Below are positions 8,072 through 16,166 of a stretch of DNA of 36,508 nucleotides, piece by piece (positions within the stretch are counted from its first letter, which is position 1; each line of letters begins with the position of its first letter). Position numbers and translations under genes: made by a program. The notes under the pieces were generated by a model. It did no database searches, was not told the DNA's origin, and was given only the letters and a program-made list of their open reading frames with translations. Origin of the DNA: Candidatus Wildermuthbacteria bacterium GWA2_46_15 (GTDB lineage: Bacteria; Patescibacteriota; Minisyncoccia; Minisyncoccales; GWA2-46-15); the NCBI GenBank assembly GCA_001823105.1, contig MHTO01000004.1, forward strand, positions 1-36,508, read 5' to 3'.

Positions 8072-8830
8072 TTATCGGGAAGTTGGGAGCGCTTCGCGCA
8101 TTAGTGTTGAAAGGTGTATGAAAGTTTCCGGCAGCGGGGGGTTGGGGCGGACGGAAATGTCGGCTGTGAAGGCGGCGAGGGCTGGGGTTGTGAACTTGAA
8201 AGCTTGGAGCCGGCCGTCACAGAACACGGACAGGGCGTCCTTGTCGCCCAGGACGGCCAGGGCGGCGGCCTCGGCGGCCAGCGTGATCTCCTGTACTGCC
8301 TGTCCTACGTCCTCACTTTTAATGAAATAGGCGGCATGAATTATCGCTTCTAGCGCGTGTCGGGCCATGACCTCGCCCAGCTGCGGGAGGTAGGTTATAG
8401 CAGTATAGATGAATATGCGGTCGTAATCGGGGCTGTTGCATATCTCCAGGCCGTTAATTACGCAAGCAAGCCCCTGATCGAGGCCGACCCTATCCAGAAT
8501 GTAGCCGTTTACTTCGACCACGACCTGCACCAGGTTTAGACCGCCCTTTTGCTTGCCCAGGCTCTCCAGTATTTTGCGCCGAAATTTTTTATCAAGACCC
8601 ATCGGCCCCTGCGGTTCCTTATCCCAACCGTAGACCAGGCCCTGTTGCAACTGCCACAAACTGCGCTTACCCCCCTCGCCAGGGTCTGGATCCGGCTTCG
8701 GCAATATGAAAAACGGCAATACAGCCCATGGGCCACTGTAACCCATCGCTTTAGCGAACTCTCCCTCCACAGGGATCCATTCTATAAAGAACTTGTTGCG
8801 CGGCGGCTCAATACTTTTAGTGTTTTCCAT
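8072..8830 (-). CDS. Hypothetical protein (252 aa), last gene of the mini-DnaB-like operon
   Basis: AGGAGG lies 8 nt upstream of the ATG at 8830. It is the longest ORF in a GC-rich stretch and is co-directional with the two ATPase genes, 39 nt after the second one. I recognise no motif. Confidence 0.55.
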   Translation of the reverse strand: MENTKSIEPPRNKFFIEWIPVEGEFAKAMGYSGPWAVLPFFILPKPDPDPGEGGKRSLWQLQQGLVYGWDKEPQGPMGLDKKFRRKILESLGKQKGGLNLVQVVVEVNGYILDRVGLDQGLACVINGLEICNSPDYDRIFIYTAITYLPQLGEVMARHALEAIIHAAYFIKSEDVGQAVQEITLAAEAAALAVLGDKDALSVFCDGRLQAFKFTTPALAAFTADISVRPNPPLPETFIHLSTLMREALPTSR

Positions 8831-8869
8831 GCTGTTTAGCCTCCTACAATGTTCCCGGGCATATTCGGG

Positions 8870-9457
8870 TTACCGTCCTAGCCCTATTAGGCAATCACCC
8901 TCGCCGTCAGTATTTGGGCTATACCTGGATATACCCAGCACAACCGCGGATTTAGTTTCAACCGCCAGTTTCTTCAGCTCGCCGCATATAGTTGCGCCGC
9001 CTTTACCGGCAGGATAGGCGCGCAACAGGTCCCCGTTGTCTATTACCACCAATCCTGGTTTATACTTAATGACGAATTTACGAACCGCTTTAAAGAACTG
9101 CGTAAAGCCAGAAGGCACTATATCGCCGATGTAAAGAGGCGCTTCGGAGAAATCATCCACAGCCTTGATAACCCTGCCCCCTTGGACCAGTGAAAGTCTT
9201 GTTTTTTTACCATCAGCCAGCCTTGTCCTGCCGTATACTTCGACCAACCTGACACCGTCCTCTACCATGGGTTTACGAAGCGGGATGTAAACAGCCGCCT
9301 TGCCGCCCACAACCGCGGCGTCGGCCAGGATTTTCGTGGCCAGGCTTGTCGTATCTGATACGTAGTAGCCGCAAATAACCCAAAGCTTTCCCGGCTTAAA
9401 TTCAGACACTATCCCAACCTCACTCTTCCGTTTTACTGCGCTTTTTTTAATTTTCAT
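8870..9457 (-). CDS. Stand-alone DnaB C-terminal (RecA-fold) like protein with degenerate Walker A
   Basis: It is a paralogue of the upstream gene (FKPGKLWVICG..., LYIGDIVPSGFTQFFKAVRKFV, LVVIDN, ATICGELKKLAVETKSAVV). The P-loop reads GYYVSDTT, so the lysine is lost. AGGAGA RBS. Confidence 0.6.
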   Translation of the reverse strand: MKIKKSAVKRKSEVGIVSEFKPGKLWVICGYYVSDTTSLATKILADAAVVGGKAAVYIPLRKPMVEDGVRLVEVYGRTRLADGKKTRLSLVQGGRVIKAVDDFSEAPLYIGDIVPSGFTQFFKAVRKFVIKYKPGLVVIDNGDLLRAYPAGKGGATICGELKKLAVETKSAVVLGISRYSPNTDGEGDCLIGLGR

Positions 9458-9517
9458 TAATTTTCTCCTATAAAACTACTAAAGAACCCGGCCGCATGAT
9501 GACATAGGCGGCACTGA

Positions 9518-10099
9518 TCAGTTCTGCTTTCCTTTCCGGCAGACGTCTTCCAGTTCAATTACGGCGTCAGCTTGACCGTCCGTCTCCTTGTTATAGCGCG
9601 GGGTGACCATAACTACCGCGGCCTTGATGTCTTTTGCCAGCTTCCGAAGTTCCCCGCATAAGGTTGCCCCGGCCTTGCCGGTGGTCCCCAAGCGCTGCGA
9701 GATTGCGTTGTCTATAACGACAAGCCTAATTTCTTTCCGGGCAAATTTCCGAACCTCCTTAATTAGTTCCGGCAACCCGCTCGGTTCAATATCGCTAAGG
9801 TAAACTGGTGCGCCAGACAGGGCCTTCGCCGCCGCCGCCAGCCGCTCACAGGCAACTTTAGCAGCCTTGGCTGTCCAGGCAGACTGCAGGGGGATACCAC
9901 TGTGAACGTTAGCCATAATAGAAGCGCAGTTCTTGGTGTCTTTATCCAGCGGCATGTACAGCGCGCCCTTGTTTTCGTCAACGGCACAGCCCGCCACCAG
10001 CCCCATGGCGAACCGCGTCTTGCCGGAGCCATTAGGCCCAATTACCACCCAGAGTTTCCCCGGCGGAAAAAGCTTGGTTATCTTTTCTTGTTTTTTCAT
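9518..10099 (-). CDS. Stand-alone DnaB C-terminal (RecA-fold) like ATPase, intact Walker A
   Basis: GGAG RBS then ATG at 10099 (MKKQEK). The P-loop GPNGSGKT is at 10016-10039. DnaB-like blocks are VYLSDIEPSGLPELIKEVRKFA, LVVIDN (Walker B) and ATLCGELRKLAKDIKAAVVMV. At only 193 aa it lacks the DnaB N-domain. Confidence 0.7.
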   Translation of the reverse strand: MKKQEKITKLFPPGKLWVVIGPNGSGKTRFAMGLVAGCAVDENKGALYMPLDKDTKNCASIMANVHSGIPLQSAWTAKAAKVACERLAAAAKALSGAPVYLSDIEPSGLPELIKEVRKFARKEIRLVVIDNAISQRLGTTGKAGATLCGELRKLAKDIKAAVVMVTPRYNKETDGQADAVIELEDVCRKGKQN

Positions 10100-10307
10100 C
10101 GTTTTCTCCATTGACCGACCCATGACCCACGGAACGCCAAAGGCCGGATATCTCCTTCCAGCCTCCAAAACCGGCCCATAAATACATATTAACAGGCTCA
10201 TCAGTCAACGTTGTGTCCGATTGTTTTTTGTCTGTAAAATACCACAACAGTCCCACCTATCCTCTTATAATGTAAAATTGTCTTTCAACGTTTTAGCCGG
10301 GGGTATC
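10100..10307. promoter_or_regulatory. Divergent control region between the mini-DnaB-like operon and the WYL regulator gene
   Basis: There is a perfect TATAAT at 10266-10271. TGTAAAAT repeats at 10233-10240 and 10271-10278. TTGTCT repeats at 10228-10233 and 10278-10283. TCAACGTT, which holds the AACGTT palindrome, occurs at 10205-10212 and 10285-10292. Confidence 0.35.
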
Positions 10308-11291
10308 ATGAAGCCTAAAAAGAGAAAAGTAATAATTTACGTCGGCACTGGCGCCAAGGACCGGCGCTTTGACACCTTTAAGAGAAGGATCATTTATATT
10401 TTTTCGCGCCTGGCGCAGAGGGGCTTTATTACCACAAAGGAACTTGCCGAAAAATTCGAGATGACACCGCGCAACGCCCTGCGCGACCTGTATCCACTGA
10501 GGGAGGAAGGCATCTTAAAGGAAAACATTACCCGCAGCGGCAGGTGGGAATTCGACACGGCGTCCAATTCCTTCATAAAGATGGTGGTTACGGATAATGA
10601 CTCTTCTACCCTGACTTTCCTCTACAATTTCGCCAAGGTTTTTGGCGGCGACATAAACGAGAAGGTGCTCAGCGTGCTGGATAAGGGTTTCCTCAGGGAG
10701 GACCGGGAATACCCGTTCTTTATGATAACCCAGAAGGTAAAGAACCCCGCAGCCAAAATGCCCTGCCACCAGGAGCTTTACGACGCCATACTAAAGCATC
10801 ATAAAATAAATCTTACCTACAGGAAGGCTACAGGGCAGCAGGCGACGGTAAAGGTTTCGCCTTTCTCCATGATAATGTGCGACGGCCTCTGGTACCTGGG
10901 CTATCTCCCTGACGGCAAGGAGAAGGAACTGCGGACAGTGCGCAGCAGCCACATAATTTCGGTGGAGCCTTTGCCGGACGAGGTTTTTGAGCGCCCGGAA
11001 TGGGCCCACAAGGCAATGAAGGAAGCCAAGAACATCTGGTTTGGCCCAGCCAAGACAAAATTCCGGCTAAAAGTCCAAAACACCATTAAGGACTACTTCG
11101 AGATGTCGGAATTCTTCCCCGAGCAGAAAATAAAGGACGAAGGCCCTGAGTATTTTACCATCGAGGCGCGCTACTCGCACTACAACGAGGTGGTGCCCAA
11201 CATCCTGCGCTTCCTGCCAGCCATTACCGTGCTGGAGCCGGCTGAACTAAAGGCCGAAGTGGCATGGCGGGTAAACGCGTACAAACCGTAG
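10308..11291 (+). CDS. WYL-domain transcriptional regulator (wHTH-WYL-WCX; BrxR/CapW/PafBC-like)
   Basis: The N-terminal wHTH is RGFITTKELAEKFEMTPRNALRDLYPLREEGIL. The WYL core is VSPFSMIMCDGLWYLGYLPDGKEKELRTVRSSHIISVEPL, followed by a C-terminal extension. GGGGG RBS before the ATG at 10308. Confidence 0.85.
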   Translation: MKPKKRKVIIYVGTGAKDRRFDTFKRRIIYIFSRLAQRGFITTKELAEKFEMTPRNALRDLYPLREEGILKENITRSGRWEFDTASNSFIKMVVTDNDSSTLTFLYNFAKVFGGDINEKVLSVLDKGFLREDREYPFFMITQKVKNPAAKMPCHQELYDAILKHHKINLTYRKATGQQATVKVSPFSMIMCDGLWYLGYLPDGKEKELRTVRSSHIISVEPLPDEVFERPEWAHKAMKEAKNIWFGPAKTKFRLKVQNTIKDYFEMSEFFPEQKIKDEGPEYFTIEARYSHYNEVVPNILRFLPAITVLEPAELKAEVAWRVNAYKP

Positions 11292-11392
11292 ATGACCTTT
11301 CCCCGTTGTTCAGACCAGTGCTGAGTTGTTAAATAGCAAATCCTCCAGTTTCAACTAGTCACCAGGAATTAAGCTAGAACACATCGACAGCG

Positions 11393-12982
11393 CTATTGGT
11401 TCCATCCGCCAGTGTCGCTATCTCGCCACCTGTCATAACCGCCTAGACTGCCGGGGCCATTTGGATGCAAGATGTGGTGTTCCTTCGCCGTAAGAGGCGT
11501 TAATTTCTGTGGAAATTTATAACAGTAGTACTCGGCCCAGACAATTTTATCTCGCCAGTACGGTTCTGCATACCAAAGACCAGCCTTTTCGCAATCAGCG
11601 CCAAACTCAATGCGCCATTTAGTGATTGTTTTAGTATCGACGCCTTTCCAAGTTGGGGCAGTGTGCCACTCATAGGCGCGCACCGGAATATCTTCCCATT
11701 CTTTTATCGCGTGCCACTCCGCGGCAGTAGCCGCGTCCTCCCCCCAGGCCTTGCGCCAGTCACACACAATTTTAGCCTGCGTGCCAGCCCAATGCGGTAC
11801 TTTATGCCAGATTTCCGTGGTTGCTGCATCCCGCTTAAAGTACTTGCTCCATGCCTCGGCAATAGAAATCCTGTCTTTCCAGTAATCTAATTTAAACCAG
11901 CAATATGCTGTAATCGGTTTTTGACCAAAATGCTGGTGCCAGGCAATTACGTCTTCGCCACAGACATCTTTCCAAAGCTCGCTTTTGTGCCAAAGGGAGG
12001 AATCCCTGGGATACTTCCGCCAATATTCCTGTTTATGCCATTCTATAGCAGCCTGGCAATTGTTCCCCCAGGATTTTCTCCATAAGATCGTTTCAGCTCC
12101 CAGGTTCTCCCAATAGGAGTCCGAGAACCAGGCTAAATTAGCGGCTGCAATGCTATTCCCTTGGCTAGCGGCAAGTTTGGACCAATGCTTTGCATTCTCA
12201 AGATCTTGCGGCACGCCGTCACCGAGGAAATATCTTTCTCCTAAATATTCCTGGGCTGATCCATCCCCTGAATTAGCGGCTTGGATGATTAGTGAAATAC
12301 CCCTTTCTTTGTCTAATCCGACAGCTTCGCCGGTAAAGGTGAGGAAACCAATCCAAAAGACCCCCGATTTTCCAGCAGCCTTAAAGCAGTTAACTGCTTC
12401 TCGATATTCATTTTGAATTGGCAGTCTGCGTGCCCTGTCTTTCTCGAGCAATTCCTGAGCGTTGATCAAGTGCAGTCGGCCTAACTTGATTAGCGCCGGG
12501 GAATATCTTTTGTCTGCCGCTGCCCTATACCAGCGGCCTGCTTTTGCGAAATCTTTTGGGATATCGGCGCTTCCCTCAAAATAAATATCCCCCAAAATCA
12601 TCATTGCCTCTGGATGACCCTGGTTTGCCGCCTTGAGGTATGACTCTAGAGCTTTCTGCAGGTCTTTTTCAGTCCCGCAGCCTTCTTCATACATTATCCC
12701 CAGATTCTTTTGTCCCTCGCTGTCTCCTTGCTTGGCGGCACGCGCATATAATTCAAACGCTAATTGAAGATTTTGTGGTACGCCCTCTCCGGAATTATAA
12801 ATATCCCCGAGTAAGTTGAGAGCTTTTGGGAAACCCTGTTCAGCAGCACGGTTCAGCCAGTAGATGGCCTGCTTTAGGTCCTTTTGTATGTCATGGCCAT
12901 GACAATAACATTCACCTATATGGTATTGAGCCTCTGGATTACCGCCTTCAGCAGATTGAAAGTATTTGTCTGGGATTGTCAT
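11393..12982 (-). CDS. Sel1-repeat (SLR/TPR-like) protein with a C-terminal Trp-periodic repeat domain
   Basis: There are at least five 36-aa Sel1 units, for example GNPEAQYHIGECYCHGHDIQKDLKQAIYWLNRAAEQG and FPKALNLLGDIYNSGEGVPQNLQLAFELYARAAKQG. A W-rich array of about 200 aa follows. Confidence 0.8.
   Translation of the reverse strand: MTIPDKYFQSAEGGNPEAQYHIGECYCHGHDIQKDLKQAIYWLNRAAEQGFPKALNLLGDIYNSGEGVPQNLQLAFELYARAAKQGDSEGQKNLGIMYEEGCGTEKDLQKALESYLKAANQGHPEAMMILGDIYFEGSADIPKDFAKAGRWYRAAADKRYSPALIKLGRLHLINAQELLEKDRARRLPIQNEYREAVNCFKAAGKSGVFWIGFLTFTGEAVGLDKERGISLIIQAANSGDGSAQEYLGERYFLGDGVPQDLENAKHWSKLAASQGNSIAAANLAWFSDSYWENLGAETILWRKSWGNNCQAAIEWHKQEYWRKYPRDSSLWHKSELWKDVCGEDVIAWHQHFGQKPITAYCWFKLDYWKDRISIAEAWSKYFKRDAATTEIWHKVPHWAGTQAKIVCDWRKAWGEDAATAAEWHAIKEWEDIPVRAYEWHTAPTWKGVDTKTITKWRIEFGADCEKAGLWYAEPYWRDKIVWAEYYCYKFPQKLTPLTAKEHHILHPNGPGSLGGYDRWRDSDTGGWNQ
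11522..12130 (-). repeat. Protein-level Trp-periodic repeat array (about 13 units of 14-17 aa)
   Basis: Trp falls at approximately residues 285, 301, 315, 331, 348, 362, 378, 392, 409, 423, 439, 456 and 470. A second Trp often follows 4-6 residues later. Recurrent units resemble WRKAWGEDAATAAE and WHKxxxW. Confidence 0.7.
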
Positions 12983-13251
12983 ATATCAGAGCAGTACAAT
13001 TCTATTTTCGAATCACGAATAATCGGCAATTATTTTAGCGTTATGGGCTCCATTCTATCTACCCCCCCGCTAGCAAAACCGCGGCATGGGAAAAAAGTCA
13101 TTTTATTATTTGCTGAGGCATAAAAAATACCGTTTTGATTTAACATGTGCCTCAACAATACTAAATTCACGCGCTCCGATCTTTATATTACCTGTCCATA
13201 AAGAATAGTTGTCTGTCTCATATTTTTCACGCTTCTTTGCAAAGCCCATAT

Positions 13252-16080
13252 TCAGGGGAGCGCAGGTAGTCTGCTATCACCATTCTCATTTAAGACCGCG
13301 AGTGACCTCCTGCACCTTGAGAGGGCAATCCACAGTTGATAAATATTAAACTCTTCAGAATGCCATATGATCACATCTACAAACTCTTGCCCGAAACATT
13401 GTCCTGGCGAAAAGATCTTTTTTTCCTTATTATATAGCTCATCGGTAAAGAGCGGGATTCCAGTTAATCTTTGTAACTCCTCTCCACGAAATGTAATTAT
13501 AGCGGTGTTGTTTGCTTTTTTAATTGTCTCAAGTAAGGTTTCAGGGCTGGCATTTATAATCTTCACTGAGCCCTCTCTGTCCAATTCCACTGGAGTCTGC
13601 GTATGTTTCCCAGGGTTCTCAATTTTAACGCCCATTTTGTTGTGTTTAATAAAGGCAGCGGCAAAGTCAAACACGGGCGCAGACCACCGCATAACATGCG
13701 ACAGTTTGCCGCCAACAAAACCTTTACTGAATAACTGTTTATCGATGAGTCTTCCGTGAGCATAATCTACCAGCTGCGCTCTCACCGACTCATTCTCACG
13801 CGATGGATCCTGGAAAGGATCTCCGGAAACAGAGTACTTTGCAGTTTTATCGGCGAATCTCTTTACAAATTGAAGCTGCTTGTCCGTTGTTATCTGAAAC
13901 TCATCAATAGCGATATGAGACATTTGATTTAGTGGGATAGACTGGCTCAACACAAAGGCTGCCCACTTCAAATGCTCTTTTGCCGGCACAACTGAAAATT
14001 TCTTTTCAAAGTGCTGCTCCCACAACTCATCCAGAACAACTTGAAACCTTTCAAATCCACTTTGCGCCCCGTCAAAGGAAACCTTGAATTTACGCAGGAG
14101 CTCTTTCATTACATAATTAGAAAATGCTGCGGAGTGTTTCCTGCGAATTTGCTCCTTGAGCATTAGTTTTAGACCAGCTATTTTTTCGGCAGAGATGCTT
14201 CCACTATATCCCACAAACAAATGTTCAGAAATGGCTAGCGCAGAATCTAACACCTCATCATTGAAAATCGCTGTTCCGTAGGCGCTACGGAAGTGGGACT
14301 GCAGCGCCAACGTGAGCTCCATCGAGGCAGCATTATAAATGGCCTCATACATTATACGGCCATGAAACGCTGGCAGAGTACAGAACTCTGCTAATTCTTC
14401 TTGCGTATTAAAGTTAAATTTATTCTCCGGTATCTGACTCTTAATCTTTGAGGCAGACGCAAGATCGCAGATCGCCTTAGCCGCTGCAGAATCAGCATTA
14501 TTATCTACCAAAACAGCTCCCAGAATTCTTTCGGCTAATATTATTTTCAGGATCCTTTCCGCTGCCTCCGGAGTTTTGTCATGCACTATGTTAGCTGCGA
14601 ACTCACGTAGCTCTGCTATATTATTTTTTTCTTTGAGCACTTCTTTAATAAGTGTTTCTGCCTGGTTTTTAACGTCAATTCGCAGAGAACCTAGGAATTC
14701 CTTAATGGCAAGCTCATCCTGCACGATCTTCTCTGGCAGTTGCCTTAATTCTTTAAAAAAAGCGTCCCAACTGGCGGCTAAGGACTGATCGGCAATTAAA
14801 TCAAAATAAGCGTGATCAATGTCTATGGTCAGCCGAGGGTCACTCTTTTTTAAAACATCCTGCATGAACCCATGAAAGCTGTTAACCTGAATGCCAGAAA
14901 TATTAGAGAAATACTCTGATTTTGTGCTCGTTTTCATGTACTCTAGCAAAGATTTTGTTGGAACCAGCAATAGAACCTTGTGCGGTTTCAGTGAACGAGG
15001 ACGCGAGAAATCACAAATCAGGTCGAGCCTATGGAGGAGGATGCTTGTTTTGCCTGTTCCCGGAGAGCCTTCTATAGCAAAATGCGTTAATGTTTCGCCT
15101 TCGTCAGAAATCCCTTCTCGAAAGGCATTATTTTGATTAACAAGAATCGTTCGGCTGATCGCTTGCAGTCCCCTTTCTTCATTTTTAATTGTCTGGCGCC
15201 GTCCATCTTTTGACAGCGTATAAACAGCAACTATCGCCCATTTGGCGAAAAAGATATCACGAAAGGATTCATGTGCATACCGGTTATTTACCAGATTTTG
15301 ACCTTCCGGAGAATTAAATAGAACAAAGCGAGTAGCCTCTGAGGGAAGAGAAACTTTGCATATTTCTGGGCCATAGTGAGTTGGATATGCTCTGTTTGTT
15401 ATAACAGCGTCCCCCAGCATCTGGGAATAAGGGCCTCCCTGTTCGAATAGATCATAATATGCGTTTCGAATGCTTATGCTATGCTTTGATGGGCCTGTGG
15501 ACGCCAACATCCTATTGTTTGAGGCGATTCCTTCTTTCAATACGATCCTAGAATATTCGAGTGGTTCCTGAGGCGTGGCGCTAAGTTTTTCCTTTAGGTC
15601 GTTCCACTTATCCTGCAACTTCCCTTCAAAAAGGCTCAAGTTCTTAGCGGATATTGGACCATTACTCGTGTATCCCTCTGTTATTCGGTCTCTCAATCTC
15701 AAATAATGATCAGCCTCGTCCATGAGGGCATCTGGCAGTTCAGTGTGGATGTAGCTGCTATTAGGAGTATTTTTGGCAAGCCCTTTTGCAGCAGCAACTA
15801 ATCCTGGGAATTCCCGCGTTAGTTTTGAATCTTCCCATAGGTCAGCCGGCCAAGTCAGCGAGTTCCTAACAGAGAACCCGTCCACCTCAACTCCCAACTG
15901 GAGCGCAGGTGATTCTTGGTAAATCGGCAATAACGCAGCTCGGTCATAAAAGATGAATGGGCTACAAGCCTCATTCCTACCAGAACGGAAATAGATATAA
16001 CGAATTTTGTCAGTATCTGTAATAAGCACCGATGCAATTAGTCTCGAGCGTTCAAAGAATTGAACTAATTGAGTTTTCAT
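13252..16080 (-). CDS. HelD/UvrD-like SF1 helicase-family ATPase with a long N-terminal domain of unknown function
   Basis: Motifs seen: Walker A FAIEGSPGTGKTSILLHR, motif II IAIDEFQ, motif III SVSGDPFQ, C-terminal FGQEFVDVII...WIALSRCRRSLAVL (UvrD_C-like). I prefer the ATG at 16080; a GTG at 16107 is also possible. Confidence 0.65.
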   Translation of the reverse strand: MKTQLVQFFERSRLIASVLITDTDKIRYIYFRSGRNEACSPFIFYDRAALLPIYQESPALQLGVEVDGFSVRNSLTWPADLWEDSKLTREFPGLVAAAKGLAKNTPNSSYIHTELPDALMDEADHYLRLRDRITEGYTSNGPISAKNLSLFEGKLQDKWNDLKEKLSATPQEPLEYSRIVLKEGIASNNRMLASTGPSKHSISIRNAYYDLFEQGGPYSQMLGDAVITNRAYPTHYGPEICKVSLPSEATRFVLFNSPEGQNLVNNRYAHESFRDIFFAKWAIVAVYTLSKDGRRQTIKNEERGLQAISRTILVNQNNAFREGISDEGETLTHFAIEGSPGTGKTSILLHRLDLICDFSRPRSLKPHKVLLLVPTKSLLEYMKTSTKSEYFSNISGIQVNSFHGFMQDVLKKSDPRLTIDIDHAYFDLIADQSLAASWDAFFKELRQLPEKIVQDELAIKEFLGSLRIDVKNQAETLIKEVLKEKNNIAELREFAANIVHDKTPEAAERILKIILAERILGAVLVDNNADSAAAKAICDLASASKIKSQIPENKFNFNTQEELAEFCTLPAFHGRIMYEAIYNAASMELTLALQSHFRSAYGTAIFNDEVLDSALAISEHLFVGYSGSISAEKIAGLKLMLKEQIRRKHSAAFSNYVMKELLRKFKVSFDGAQSGFERFQVVLDELWEQHFEKKFSVVPAKEHLKWAAFVLSQSIPLNQMSHIAIDEFQITTDKQLQFVKRFADKTAKYSVSGDPFQDPSRENESVRAQLVDYAHGRLIDKQLFSKGFVGGKLSHVMRWSAPVFDFAAAFIKHNKMGVKIENPGKHTQTPVELDREGSVKIINASPETLLETIKKANNTAIITFRGEELQRLTGIPLFTDELYNKEKKIFSPGQCFGQEFVDVIIWHSEEFNIYQLWIALSRCRRSLAVLNENGDSRLPALP

Positions 16081-16166
16081 TTGTATATGCCTTAATGGTC
16101 TACTCACACAGCAGCGCGCGATTTTAATATTATCTATTATCCAGACAGAACTTTAAATTCTTTGCT

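Noticed and set aside
13110-13158. An imperfect inverted repeat TTGCTGAGGCA ... TGCCTCAACAA lies downstream of the HelD-like gene and could be a terminator.
   Set aside because: The loop is 27 nt, the stem has a mismatch, and no U-tract follows on the minus strand. It is not a convincing intrinsic terminator.
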